Origin: Oopsacas minuta
Taxonomy: Eukaryota > Animalia > Porifera
Direction: 5' to 3'
Length of the DNA: 64,000 bases
NCBI GenBank assembly: GCA_024704765.1
Contig: JAKMXF010000111.1
Location: forward strand, 1,685,627-1,749,626
Shown: one piece after another, positions 11,225-24,387 of the stretch
How the letters are laid out: each line of letters starts with the position of its first letter
How positions within the stretch are numbered: position 1 is the stretch's first letter
Notes under the pieces: generated by a model
What the model was told of the DNA's origin: nothing
What the model saw: the letters and a program-made list of their open reading frames with translations, nothing else
Databases searched by the model: none
Translations under genes and position numbers: made by a program

Positions 11225-12572
11225 CAGGGTGTCTCAAAAGTCTTTTCCTCTTATGAATACCACTATAATATAGAATTTCTTAGATAAATTCATCTAATTA
11301 TTTGCCTATATATTCACCATTAAGTTTTATACATGAATTAATTCGACTTGGCATCCCATCAACTAAATTCTCAAGTATCGACGGGCTAATCCCATTCCAT
11401 ATATTTTCCAAATATTTTCCGAGCTGTGTTAAATTTGTAGCGGGCTTTCTCTTGTCTAGCTCTGCTTGCATAATAGACCAAAGATTTTCGATGGGATTTA
11501 AATCTGGGGAGTTACTAGGCCAAACACCTTTCTCCCAAAAGCCAGGTAGATGCTCTGAAAGCCATTTCTGGGTCCTTATGGCTGTATGGGCAGGGGCGCC
11601 ATCCTGCATGAAAATTGTCTCGGACATCTTTCGACAGATTTTCCTTTGGGTAAGTGGGGCGCTAGTCTTTCTACGCTTAAAGGTAGGGAGACAACACTTC
11701 TCCAGGATTTCATTAATATAGTAGTCAGTATTCACTGAGTGTTTTGGGGGGATGAAGTGTAGTTCTGATAGCCCTGACCGGCTTATCATTCCCCAGACCA
11801 TCATTTTTGGGGGGTTTTTGACTGATTCAACTGTGGTAATGTTGTGCGGATTAATGTCCCAAACACGATCATTCTGCCTATTAGTCGGATGGAAAAGCTC
11901 AAAAGGGCTTTCATCACTAAAAAGAACTCTTCCCCAATCACGACCAGTCCATGTTTTGCGTTCCTGACAGAATTCTAGCCTCTTTACCCCTTTTGTTTTT
12001 CAGTCAATTTCGGGTATGAGGTTCTTTTATAGGCTTTCGCTCCGATTGTGTCGCGTAAATAACGGTGAATTGTGTCTTTACTAACGCTCACCGACTTAGG
12101 CGAGATATATTCCGCAAGATTTCGGGTTGAATTGTAGCGTTTCTCGATTGATTTTCGAATTATAATTTTCAGAATCCGAGAAAGCTTCGTCGGAAGTCCA
12201 GACCGGTGCTTGTCATCAAGCAAATATCCAGCTCTATGCCTTTTACACCAGTTCCGAACTGTCCGAATTGTGACTCCAAGAGTATTGGCGACTGTTTTCT
12301 ATGTTGAACCCGCTTCAATCATGCTAATCGCTCGCTCACGAACAGCAAATCTCGGTTTCATGACATTCATGTATGAAATTTGTGAGGGTTGAGAAAAAAT
12401 TACGAAATATAAACAGATTATCAAATAAGGAAATGAAGTATTCATTATAGTATTGGACTACTATAGACTAATAATAATAATCTGAAAAATGGTCGGTTAG
12501 TAAACAATACTGTTCGATTTATAACGACTTCAATCGAAGTACTGAGGAGGAAAAAACTTTTGAGACACCCTG
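11225..12572 (-). mobile_element. Second Tc1-like DD37E element, 1,348 bp, defective
   Basis: TIRs CAGGGTGTCTCAAAAG at both ends; TA duplicated at 11223-11224 and 12573-12574. Confidence 0.93.
11298..12370 (-). pseudogene. Disrupted DD37E transposase
   Basis: QDGAPAH...SPDLNPIE with 37-residue spacing. The N-terminus from ATG 12370 (MNVMKPRFAVRERAISMIEAG) hits a premature TAG, and the ORF is split by frameshifts. Confidence 0.9.
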
Positions 12573-13864
12573 TAAATGATGCAATGTGTGTCATATGATT
12601 GGTTCACAGGGAAGGGATACGCACTATTCGATTATTTTGATAATTTATATACCACTGTGCTATATCGTTACAGAAACTGTATATATAATTGTTTGGCTTA
12701 TCTATAAGGTGTCGAACGCTCCACTCGCAGCTCTGCTCGGAGTGAAGACTTCGTCACATGTATATTGGGCTTTCTATTGAAAAAATGTCACAGAAATACG
12801 TCATGAATTTTTGCACAGTTGGCTCGTTCTTGTGTTAAGGTAGATACCATGGATCTACCGTAATTTTAACAAAATATTCAACTATAACACAAGAATTGTT
12901 AAAATTATGCTAAAATCAGAATAGTCAATTTATATTATATACCTGACTTCCCATATATGCCCTTGTAATATTTCTGATTATGATATCTCGTACTAATTTG
13001 ACGATTCTCAATTGCTCATATATCAGGGCAGGTTATAAGGGAGGGCAAACTTGGCAGTGGCCTAAGGGCCCCACAAAAAAATTGAGTACTGTTGTTTTCA
13101 AGAGGTTATTTTGAATTTTTGAACTTTCTTGTAGCTGCTTCATTTGATAGAATTTCCCGTAATGTTATTTACAACGTTATGCGTAATCAACTTGAATTTA
13201 TTCACTATAATAAACATTGGATTTAACTACATCGGCTTGAACTACAAATCACTTATAACTACTCATTTTGCTTGCCCAGAATCTTGCAGCATTATTCTGC
13301 ACACACCATACCTCGGTCGGGTATAACGACCTGTCAGATAACGACACATTGAATTTAGTGACATATTTTCTATGTCTGCTCCATGCAAATCCCATCGGAT
13401 ATTACGACTTTTGGGCTGTCTGTACTGTGGACTTCAGAAAAGTGTACTAAATTAGTGAAGTATTAAGGTTTTAATAATTGATTTAATTATAAACCAATTA
13501 ATCTCCCCTGTTTTGAATCAATAGTACCTGGCTTCTTACGAAAATGCATATTTATGCTATTGTACGTACATAATAAATTTGGATGTCATCAGGTATATAA
13601 TGCATATTTAAAGCCTCCTCGGATTTAGCGACAAATCGGATATAGCGGCCTTTTTTGCCTGCCCAAACGAGTGTCGTTAAATCCAATGTTTACTGTAGAT
13701 ACAAGTAAGTAGTAATACATACTTAAGCTTAAGTAGTGATCAACCGACTTCTGTAAGGCAAAATTACAACAACATTATTGACAAGCTCTTATAAATTCGT
13801 CATTTGATGCTACTCACTTACTAAGTTGATACGCGTGTAACATATAATACGTATTAAGCATATA

Positions 13865-14033
13865 CAGTGGACTTCCCCAAGCGAGAAGGTTGAGTTCTCA
13901 AGATTTGGTGCCCCACACCCCGCTTCCCCGGTTATAGAGGTTCATTTCAATTATGATTAATGTAATTGAAACAAATTTTGCCCCGCTGTTAAGACATTCC
14001 CTTCAGGAGGCCCCGCATGTGGAGGTTCCACTG
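13865..14033. mobile_element. Pogo/Tc1-type MITE (same family as 37171-37331)
   Basis: TA-CAGTGGAC ... GAGGTTCCACTG termini; internal sequence shared with 37171-37331. Confidence 0.75.
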
Positions 14034-15967
14034 TGATACGTTATACGTGATCTATTTAGGGTTGTCAGATTTCCAAAAGTCCAAACCCGGACAAATCGTC
14101 GTTCCGAAATCAGTGATTTCTTTTGAGCGGACAAGGAGGCAAAGGATACCTATTTCGTTACGGGGTTGTTTTCACCAAGGTTTCTAAGAAAAGTTTTCTT
14201 AATAGGGGCGCACCCTTTTCGACAAGACACCACTGGCGACAATATTAACTATATACACTAACTGCTACTGAAACCTGCATCATACTGTTACTATTTCGTC
14301 AATTACCCATAATTTCTATACTTCTAGGGATTCCCAGAGACAAGCACTTTCATAGTACAGGAACGTAGCGTAGGAAGTAAAAATTTCTTGGAGTGGCGAG
14401 GAATATTGTATCGGTGCGGAATTCTCAGATCTCACCATCTGTATCAATAGAATTTGGTACTTCTTAGTGGGGCGAGCGGCGCACCTGACCTACCGACACC
14501 AGCGGTCCTGTGGTGTATTATATAGTTGGATGAGATACGGAATTAGATTATTTTTTATCAAATTGTGAGGTGGAATATTTTAAAATATTATACAAAATGT
14601 GTGGAGCGAATAGATAAGTTTATACTCACAGGATTCTAACATTTGAACGACGAGCGAGATATATTTTTTTGGTGCCCATGAGAAATTTGGCCCTTCCAGG
14701 AATGTATGTGACAAAGGATTGCAAGTGTGCATTTCACGAGAAATATGCTAAGATTTCTTATTAACAATTGGAGAATTACTGTTTTCATGCAAAATATTTA
14801 CTGCAGAAATCAGCCCACTAGAAGTTTGGTCACCAAAAATTGTAGATTGAACGTATAATACGTATTATACTACGTAATACGTCTTCAGTGAAAGAAATAT
14901 TAAACAACTTAGCTTACTTATACTCGGTTACAACTTGTGCCCGCCACATTCTAGGTATCGTATTACATTAATCTTTCTAAGTTTCAACAAAGCAACCTAG
15001 GCTAGTACGCTGAATGATCATACATACCAACCTATTTTCCTGGATATTTTATGTCTAGATACAAGGATTTCGAATTTTGAATTAAATCTAAAATTTGTTT
15101 TATCGAGCACTAGTAGGTGCCCTTAGCCGAAACATTTAGTGACGTAATTCATTGGTTTCAGTTAAAAACCAAAATGTTTTGATGGTGGGCAAGTTGTAGA
15201 CCCTAATTTTCTCCCTACTCTAGTGTGTCAACTCTCCATTTAAGCTGGAGGACCGCCAGTACTCCTGTGGCGGTTTGAGGAGTTAGCTGCTACCTCTTGT
15301 AATTTGCTTCGCAGCTGGGGTGGGGGCATGGGCATGACCTGGGCTCAGCTCTTATGAATTAGTCGAGCTCTGGAATATTTTGAATATAGTGGCCCCTATA
15401 AAATATTTTGCCCATGGGCCCCCACTGCCTAAAGACACCAAATTTGGCATGAATACTCGTAGTGATATCTTGCTAGCACCTCACATTTGAAATTTTTCTA
15501 ATAATTTCAAAACTTTTAACACCTCTGTATTTTGCCAAATCAGACCGTAGGGTTTGGCAATTAGGTATAAATACAAAAATTAGTTCTTGTGAAGTGTATG
15601 TAATTTATTAGCACTATGATGTATTTGCATTGATGTAGACTGCAATCTATTGGTCAATACATTCTATTAAATATAAATACACTGATTTATCATATGATGG
15701 TAATAATATTTTCACATCTTTGGTGAACACCTCAAATTATCCAAAGACATTAGCTTCAACTTGTTAAATAGTGGTAAACAGGGACGGATAACTCGAATTT
15801 TCACATTCTTAAATATCTAAAAAAGAATAGAAAAATCAATTTTTGTCATTGTTTGCTGAAATGGATATTTAATAGAATAATATGGATTCAATAATCCACT
15901 AAAATAAATTTGGGCAAATTTAAGTCAGCACAGATGGTGATTTGAGAGTTGTTATTGACAATTGTAT

Positions 15968-16094
15968 TGAGAATGAGGTCAAGTACCCTTCTAGTAAATC
16001 TTCAATGAGGTTAAGTACACATCTAATTATTCTTCAATGAGTTTAAGTACACATCTAATTATTCTTCAATGAGTTTAAGTATCCATCTAGATAA
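15968..16094. repeat. 32-bp tandem repeat, ~4 units (first degenerate)
   Basis: Unit TCTTCAATGAGTTTAAGTACACATCTAATTAT repeated head to tail without spacers. Confidence 0.8.
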
Positions 16095-17379
16095 TCTCAA
16101 TGGTAAGCAATCTAGCATAGTACTTGAATTGTATTGAAGAAATTGTGTGGAAATATCCGAGTCTTGATACCGTCTTATGAGCATCATCAGATTAACTATA
16201 AGAAACAAGTACAAATAACTTAAATTGACATACTTGTTCGCACTAACAGGCAAGCCATTAACCAGCATGGGATTTACATAGAATTTCCGAGGCGTCTACT
16301 TTCATAAAATTTTCGTTAATATTAATATTCATTCAATATAAACATATTGAGAACCAACATCACTTAAAACTTCCATTTATGTGTTTTGTTTATCAGTTGA
16401 TGAGAAAATGTAAAAATAGGTGTATTTATTAGTATTTTCCATGTACTGAAACCTGGAATAACCTGCAACAACAGTTAGTTTGTGATGAACTTATCTGAAT
16501 AACGGGAATACATTGTAATGTTTCCAAGAAATATTATAATTGATCAGAATTTGAATTTTGCTCTTGATGACTAACATTTTTGACGAACGTACTCAAATAA
16601 TCAGGTTAATTTGTATTGTCGGAATCTAATTCGAATCAGAAACACTGTCGGATTATACAGGTGTTGGTTATGTAGGTTCCCAACTGTTGGAGTCTTCTTT
16701 CACACTCTAGTATTGAGCATAGGTAATATGGTAGTGCAGTGGTCATTTCCTAAAGAGTTCGAAGTGATGTTTTCACCGTGGACCCCTTATACCAATTTTA
16801 ACACATTCTGAGAACCCCTCTCCCATAGTCTAATACAAATATTGATATCCTGTGCAGACCCCTACTGTCGTATATGGGCCACCAAGGTGTCCATGGACCT
16901 AAGGTTAGGAACCGCTGTTTTAATGGGTTATGAATTCTAGCAGTTGAGAAGTATTGGAAATGGTATTCACTTATGAATTTGACAATGCAATACAGGTATG
17001 CCTAAGTAAAGCTTGTAAAAGTGTTGTCAATTTTCCAAATTCACCATGCAAGGATTCCAACAATTGCACAACATCTGTGAATCGTTTGAGTTCAATGGAG
17101 CAGAGTACTGGGGTTATCACATATAAGAACACCCTGGGAGTGGCAAAATATGTTCTTATAACCGGTGTATTTGATGCAAGAGTATATGAGAACCGTTTTC
17201 CAGGGATGGTACTTATATTCCATATGTTCTTATAAACGGAGTTCGTAAAAGCGATACCAGGAACGTATTATGGGTACCTTGGGCCCTCTTGGCAAGGGTG
17301 TCCTTTTCTTCATTCGTAAATATGGACATTTAATGACAATTTCAAAATTATTCATTTTTCATGCTCACTTTAGCAATAG

Positions 17380-18143
17380 ATATTGAGCTCTGATAAATTA
17401 TTGATAGAGGCATTTTGTACGATAAACGCACTGAATCTTATCAAAAGTGGTCGCCCATATGCGTTGGGTAAAGTGAAACCAGCACCCATACACTTTGATC
17501 TGAGGATAGATTTCTTTCAAGGTGTTTCTTGGTGCTGGTTCTTAGTTCGACATCGAAGCAGTTGGTTTAAATTGGGGAATATTGACAACTAGATTTCCAA
17601 AATAACAGTATATAGTTCTTCGATTTTAGAAGTCATTAAGCAATGGATAGCAGGCATAGTATGCCTTCCACACAGAAACAAATATTGTCCACAACTGAAC
17701 AAACTGAAAAGGAACTGTCTGAAATGTACCATCAAATTCGATATTCGTTGTTTCATTGAAGAGAGTTCTTATTTCACCTGAAAACTACTGCCGTTTGACC
17801 TTCAATAGTTAGCGAATATTTGAGAGTGTCTGCAAAAGTTGATGTTATTAGATATATCACAAAACTCGATAGCTGTAAGAGGAATTTTAGGTTGAAGTGA
17901 CATTCTTACGCGATACATTGACGACTCCCAACCCACGAACGAGATATCAGCTGCACAGGGGTCGTTTCTTGTTGCGTCATCAAATAGATTTCTTAAGTTA
18001 GTTTGTGATTGTTTGGCGATTGCTTTACACTTTGTTTTGAGTTTGTAAACATCAGTTTTATAGTCTTCAATGTAATGATTGTGTTGTTTCATTGGAGTAA
18101 TTAGACTTCTTACACGGTCAATTTGCTGGTTCCCCCACAACAC
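17380..18143 (-). pseudogene. MULE (Mutator-like) transposase remnant, family A
   Basis: Manual translation gives HNH..., SSMYR..PKIP, FDGTFQTVP.QF.QLWTI and GCWFHFTQRIW, with stops and frameshifts; ends approximate. Confidence 0.78.
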
Positions 18144-18420
18144 GTTCTAAATATCACGCATTCAAGGTAAATATGTTAATCAGTGTTTTTAGAATGAATA
18201 TAATTATGTTCGCCCGCTGTTGTAAAACAGGATACGGATTGTTCGGTAGGGGACAGTTCGGTACGCAGACATTTCGAGACGTGGACAATTCGGTACCTTA
18301 TTAAGACAGTACAGTAGAAACTCGTAAATATTTACTGTTACTGGCTTACTGCTAGATTAAGGATTAATTGAGAAATATTGAAACAAAAATGAAAAGTAAT
18401 GATGAGAGTGAGCACTAGTA

Positions 18421-21347
18421 TTATGTCTCGTTTAGGCCAATTCTATGTGCCACCCCACGTATATACTCCATGGGTAGTCTGTGAAAGTATCCGGAGATCA
18501 GACTTTCAGGCCCTTCCTCATTAGCTTTATCCTTTTGTCGTTTGCAGGCTTCCTCCACCAATAAATTTAGCCTGTTTTACTTCGACAAGTCCTTGCTCTC
18601 GCATCAATGCATTGATGAAAACGCCAAATGTTGGGATGGTAACATCCGACGGTAGCATTGTATGAGCGATGCCAGGTCCTGAGAATTCCCTGAGGAGATT
18701 TGTGGTGATGACTCCACATCTCTATTGGAAAGATGGTTGATGGGCTCTTGCTGGGTACCACCAGGGAGTATACATCGTATGTAGGTGCGTTCAAAATATA
18801 GTATCAATCCTTGTGCAGCGGGCTTTGGCTATTCCTCAAACACAGCTTCGAAATACTCGCGCACTTCGAAGGGTGAAACGAAAGCTTGGGATGGTAGATA
18901 TCTAATTCTCAAAGCAAATTCTGCATCTGTGTTATAGTCCGCTTGCAAACCTTCTGCTTGTACCTTACGCCAGATATTCTGGGTAGAGTGAAAAAACAAC
19001 CTTGCTGTTGGGCCATAAATGTTTGAAATTATTTATGGCCGCCTTCTCAAAATCTATTATCATATGCATGGGGTGACCATTCGAGCAAAGAAGTTAGATC
19101 TGCTCCCACATTCTCATATAGATCTCTTTTGTCTTGTTTGGGAGTAAGACAAATAAGCTTGGAAGCAGGTGACGATCTTCCAAGGGATTTGGTCCACCAC
19201 GGAGAGAAGGGATTGAATAAATCTGGGTGAAGAGTGTGGGTGCTGTTTTAAATGTACCATCAGCCAGCCAAAACTGAGACGCCTCTAACATTCCAAGATT
19301 CTGATTAGTCCCGAAAATTAATATACGCTGTAATTCTGGCCATGAGTAAAGAGAAGAAATAGATCTCCTATATTTGTTAGTTTGTACTCTTCAGGGATTT
19401 AAAGATCTTCGAGACTTGCAGGTTGAGGATGAACAATACTCGTTAATTGTCTCCGACGGCGTATGGTACGCTCAGGCTTTATCCAGGAGCGCTACGCGCG
19501 CCTACAGGCGCATATTTACAAAAAATTTGTATAGTTAGGAGCAAGAAAATTTTGAGAGTTAAGCGCGTCTCACGCGCCTAATTTCGACGAATAATGAATG
19601 GGTTACGTAACAATCATAAAGGTCAACTGAATTATATTATAGTTTGTAAGAAGAATTCAGTTGAATTCATTAATATCGTAAACTAATTGAAAAGGTAAAT
19701 TGATTATAATTAAAGGGAGAAAGCTTGATAAATGATATGTAGGTCGAGTCCTAATACTATTGATACAGTGGTAGTACATAGGAGAAACTTTAATTATTCA
19801 TTATCGTCTTGGACTCATGCGCTAAGATTGAATACTTCGTCAATAAATTCATTGAAATAAGAATCCTGTAACAGTTCTGGCAAATTAAACTGCCACAATG
19901 AATATATCAGAGATTTTCGGAAATCCAGGTCCTTGTTGGCTAATTCGAACAAGATCTGCTATATAATAAAGTGTCAAAGCAGATCTAGAATCTGAACATA
20001 TTCTACTAGAATACGAAAAATATCATTCGACAGAACAGCTACCAAGAGGTAGGACCAATATTAAAGCTGACACAGAAGAGTGCTCTATAAGCATTTCCCT
20101 AGTGTGTTTATCCTTAAGAAACGACTGCAAAAACTTTTGAGGGCTCGACTTATCAATCTGAGGAGACAAGCTAACATGTTTCGAAATATGACGTGCTTCA
20201 TCAGCTAGAGCTCGAGTAACAAATGCTTGCATTTGTAATTGATTGATTATAGTAGTCCAGTCCTGATGGTTGAACGTCATGTGAGCTATCTCATATTTGA
20301 ATAACCAATATGCTGCTCTCATATACTTCTTTACAAACACATTTGTGTCAGATTCCTTCTTTGACTATTCAGCAATTGCTTGTTCTGTCATCCTATCAAT
20401 CAGTGAACTTTTTTCACCACTTATCACTTTTCATAATCAACAGATTGATGGTGACTCAGTTGCTTAAAATGTACGTCTGAATTCCTTCCGGGATCATGAT
20501 TCTTTGGGACTCCTTTGTTTACGAAGTAATCCTCTTATTGGAACTGCGTAAACCACGAAGAAGGGCAGGATTTTTAGTACATACCCCGTAAAAGTATAGA
20601 TCATCAATGTCTTTGATCCACGGAATACGCTCCTTTACTGGTACTAACCTTTTCTTTTTCGCTACAAATAATTGCGGAGTAGTCGGGTCGTTATTGGATT
20701 TCTCAGCCATAATATAAATACTGAGGTAATTTTGCTAAGAGAGGGAATGAATAAAGATAAATATACAATGTTAGGTCAACAGTTAATTATTAATGCGCAA
20801 TAAACGTATTTGTATAGTTAAAAATTCTAGATGACACCTCTGGAATGTAGTATTAAACGTATTATATGTGATGGATGTATGTTTTGCTTAAAATTTAAGT
20901 TCGCTGCTTCGAAAATTCAAATAGTCTAGGCGCGTAAGTGAAATCGAGAACTCATTTAGACCCGCTACACATAAAAGCTGAAAGAAACCCTTGGTACGCT
21001 TGAGACTTTCTAACTTTGGTAGCTTAACTGATACACTTTCAGTAACATCATGACCGTTTCTCCAATAATGTGTTGAGTGCTGTCTTGTGTATCTCGTGCC
21101 ATTCTCTTAAGGCCAATCTTTGTTTCCAGGCAATTAACAAATTGCATATAGGAGTTCAGTAATTCTCTTCACTATTGTCAACCCCTTAGTGTGTAATCTT
21201 GCCTTGCACTGACCTTTTCTCTCACATTGCCAATAAGTTGTATGACCATATATCTTCTGTTTGTCAAATGTATCCTCCTTCAGATAGTTTTGATCCCCCT
21301 CTGCTCGACTCGATGAGTTTGAATTGATGCGAAGGATCGTTTTCCAT
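18421..21347 (-). pseudogene. FLYWCH-MULE transposase remnant, family B, split by a hAT insertion
   Basis: The 5' part (21347 to ~20993) reads YWQCERKGQCKARLHT...KLPKLESLKRT and resumes at 19472 as ..RTIRRRRQ. Downstream motifs: WLADGTFKTAP, HLLPSLFVLL, FFHSTQNIWRKVQ, WHRSYNATVGCYHPNIW, YIRGVAH. Confidence 0.85.
19473..20992 (-). mobile_element. Internally deleted hAT (ZNF862/PRKRIR-like), 1,520 bp, inserted in the MULE gene
   Basis: Perfect 8-bp TSD GGTACGCT at 19465-19472 and 20993-21000; degenerate CAGG-type TIRs. Remnants RAAYWLFKYEIAH and ILVLPLGSCSVE.FS...SD.RS.L...IS..GP (hAT dimerisation-like). Confidence 0.82.
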
Positions 21348-22366
21348 TAGCCTGTAAAATGTTTATTTTGTAATCTGATCTTGAAGCAGCTATAGTAGAG
21401 TTCGTCTATTAGTAATTGCCTCATTAGCAAGATTCGCTTATTAACAACTTTTTTCAGTGTACGAGCAAAGGTATAGGGATTTATGTATAAACAAGTTCGC
21501 TTATTAGCAAGTGTTTTAGGGTTACACTGGCCCAAATTGCATTAATTATGTTCGCTTATCAGCAAGTTCGCCTAAAAACAAGTTTTCTCATAAAACACGA
21601 CTTGCTAATAACTAAATAAGGGAACTTTTAGTTCGTTTATTAGCCAGGCGTCTCATTCACTAAACAACTTAAGTAAAACTTAAGTTTTCGTTAAGTATTC
21701 TTAAATATTCAAAACTTAATAGAATACTTAAAATTTGCTTAAGTTATAAGCAAAACTCAAGTTTTACTTAAGTTTTGCTTAAGTTTAAGCAAATACTTAG
21801 AATTTGCTTAAGTTATAAGCAAAACTTAAGTTTTACTTAAGTTTTGCTTTACTTAAGTATAATAGCCTATGTGTAATACTATATCTATCTACTCGAACAG
21901 TAGCCGGCCTCAATTTTTAGCCTACGATTTCTCGCCCTCTCAACTACGAATTTCGATTTTGATCTCTATTTGGGAAATTCCATTAATCTAAGATGTCATA
22001 GCACCATGAACATATTCCTGAAATTCCTCTATCAAATACAGTTCGAGCAAGGACCGAAAGAGATGGTTGGGGAATATTTCGGGGTAGGCAATTATTCACG
22101 TACGAGTAAATACAGTACATCATAGTTTCCTAATCCATTTAAGAATATGGTAACATGTAATAATAATATAACACCGAAAGCCATATTGAAGAATGTTGGT
22201 GAATTACCCAATAATATTTTGATAATAACTGTGTAAAATCTAAACAAACAATTATAAGGTGGTGAAAGATACTATTGATTGATCCCGCAGCTGTGGAAAG
22301 TTAAGTAGTTCTAAACTATATAAATCTTCGAAAACACTTCTAGTGTTTATATCATAAATTCGAAAA

Positions 22367-23108
22367 ATGGACCTTCAACAAGATAAAACTAAAACAAGAT
22401 CGAAAAACTACTCGCAGGAAGAAATCAATACATTAGTTGATTTAGTAGAAGAAAATAAATCTAGGCTATTTGGTAGCTTTAGTGCATCGCTAACATTCGA
22501 AGAAAAAGCTTCACTTTGGGATCAAATTGCGAGTGGTTTAACAACTCAACACGGTGTGCATAGGTCTAGAGATGATGTCACAAAGAAGCGGTCTAACCTT
22601 TTGTGCAAGCACAAACCTCTAATTGCAGATAAAATAAAATCAATCAGAAAAACTGGGAGTGGACCAGCTGATGCAGAGTTAACCGCATTGGAGGAAAAAG
22701 ATCTATAGCATAAGGGGTACAGAATGCTTCGAGGGAATTAGTTGTGGAATAGACGTCTCTGCTGAGCCACAAAGTTCCCAACTATCAGCAGAGGAAATGC
22801 CAATTAGTCCTTCCTTCCCATTTGATGGTAAAGTACCACTAGCAGGTAGTAGGAAAAGACAACATTCACAGTTGGTAACGTCCATTAATGATGATACAAA
22901 ACGTATTCTAATTGCAAAAGAGGATGAGAAGTTAGTACTTTTGAGAGAGATCAAAGAGAATTTGGTATCTATTGGGAACGTACTCCAGTTACTGCCTGAA
23001 ATGGTCCAATATCAAACAACAATAATAAATCTCCTGGCACAACAATCATTTCCATTCGTTCCTCCAAACAGATATCCAACGAATCTCCCCCCTGGTAATG
23101 CACCATAA
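22367..23108 (+). pseudogene. Harbinger Myb/SANT-like DNA-binding protein, frameshifted
   Basis: RSKNYSQEEINTLVDLV...W..IA...RS..DV.KK motif. One extra A in GAGGAAAAAGATC (~22695) separates ORFs 22367-22708 and 22797-23108. Confidence 0.85.
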
Positions 23109-23256
23109 TCCACAATCTTGGATAATTTTAGTTGTTTTGCATAACTTATATGTGTATTGCTAAGTTAGAAAGTAAGGCAACGGCGTTCCCCTATGTCTGT
23201 AACTGTTATTCTATAATTATATTCAAATGAAACTACACTTGCTATAATAACTAATA

Positions 23257-24314
23257 TCAAAACTTAACCCCGAGTTTAATAAAAAAAGTTGATACTATTT
23301 CTTGTCTCATCAATACTCCACTTCCTGAAGAATGGGGAGTGTGAGTCTCATGAATTTGTTCATCCAGTGTATCAATGTCAGTATCGAGGCCATGGTTGAT
23401 ACAAATGTTATGCAGTACCATAGTTGCCAAAATAATTTTGCAACACTTTTCCGGACTGTAAGAAGGAAACCTCCTGTTTTGTCCATTGAGCGCCAACGAC
23501 TTTTCCAAATGCCAAAAGAATATTCGATCATTTTTCGAACCTTTACAAACGATCGATTATATTTTCTTTGTCCAGGAGTGGTTGGAGATGGTATTGGAGT
23601 CATGAGATTCAGTTTTAATCCATACGCACTATCACCCAATAACCATCCATGAACTGTTGGTATAGTGCCATTTGATATTTTTCCGTTTACAGCTGATTGT
23701 CGCCATATGAATGCATCATGTGTACTCTCGGGTCACATGACAACGGAATCTATGAAACGAAATTCATGATCACAAATTGCTTGTATATTAATAGAATGAA
23801 ACAACTTTCGATTGACATACACTTCTTCATTGACTGCAGGTGCAGTGATGGCTACATGTGAGCCATCGATACAACCGAACACAAGAGGAAATCCTCCATG
23901 TTAATGAAATGATTCTTGGATAACTCTTTGTCGACTTTCACTAGGAAATTTAATATACCTACTTGCAATAGATGCTAAGCCATCACACACTGCAGTGACA
24001 CTCCCTGATACAGATGTTTGTGAAATGCCATGGGCAGAAGCAACTACTGTCTGAAATGTACCAGTTGCTAGGAACTGTAGTGCTACTGCCAATTGTGTTG
24101 TTGGAGGTATGGAATGGGAACGTGTTGTTGATCGGAATAATTTACTCGGTATCTCATTTAGAAGTTCCATGAAAATATAGCGAGTAATCCTGTAACGAGC
24201 AATAAATTCTCCATCAGAATATTCATCTAGGGGATTTCGTCGATCTCTGAAAACTCTTTGACGGCGCAAGCTACTAGCAATTTCAAGATCAAGAATATGA
24301 AGCGCTGATGCCAT
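23257..24314 (-). pseudogene. Harbinger (HARBI1-like) DDE nuclease, disrupted
   Basis: [51 protein letters not shown]...R..IE.SFG.WK.RW and VLHNICI; premature stops and frameshifts; ATG at 24314. Confidence 0.92.
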
Positions 24315-24352
24315 TGTTGATATCACAAAATTTCTTTGTAGAATTAGATAGG

Positions 24353-24386
<34 letters not shown>
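24353..24386. repeat. (CAA)n microsatellite upstream of the Harbinger nuclease ATG
   Basis: About 11 CAA units read directly. Confidence 0.95.

Positions 24387-24387
<1 letters not shown>

Noticed and set aside
15968-16094. CRISPR-like array (32-bp repeats)
   Set aside because: The repeats are contiguous with no unique spacers, there are no cas genes and the context is eukaryotic.
24315-24386. Poly-leucine signal-peptide-like N-terminus on the Harbinger nuclease ORF
   Set aside because: It is the translation of the (CAA)n microsatellite upstream of the real ATG at 24314.
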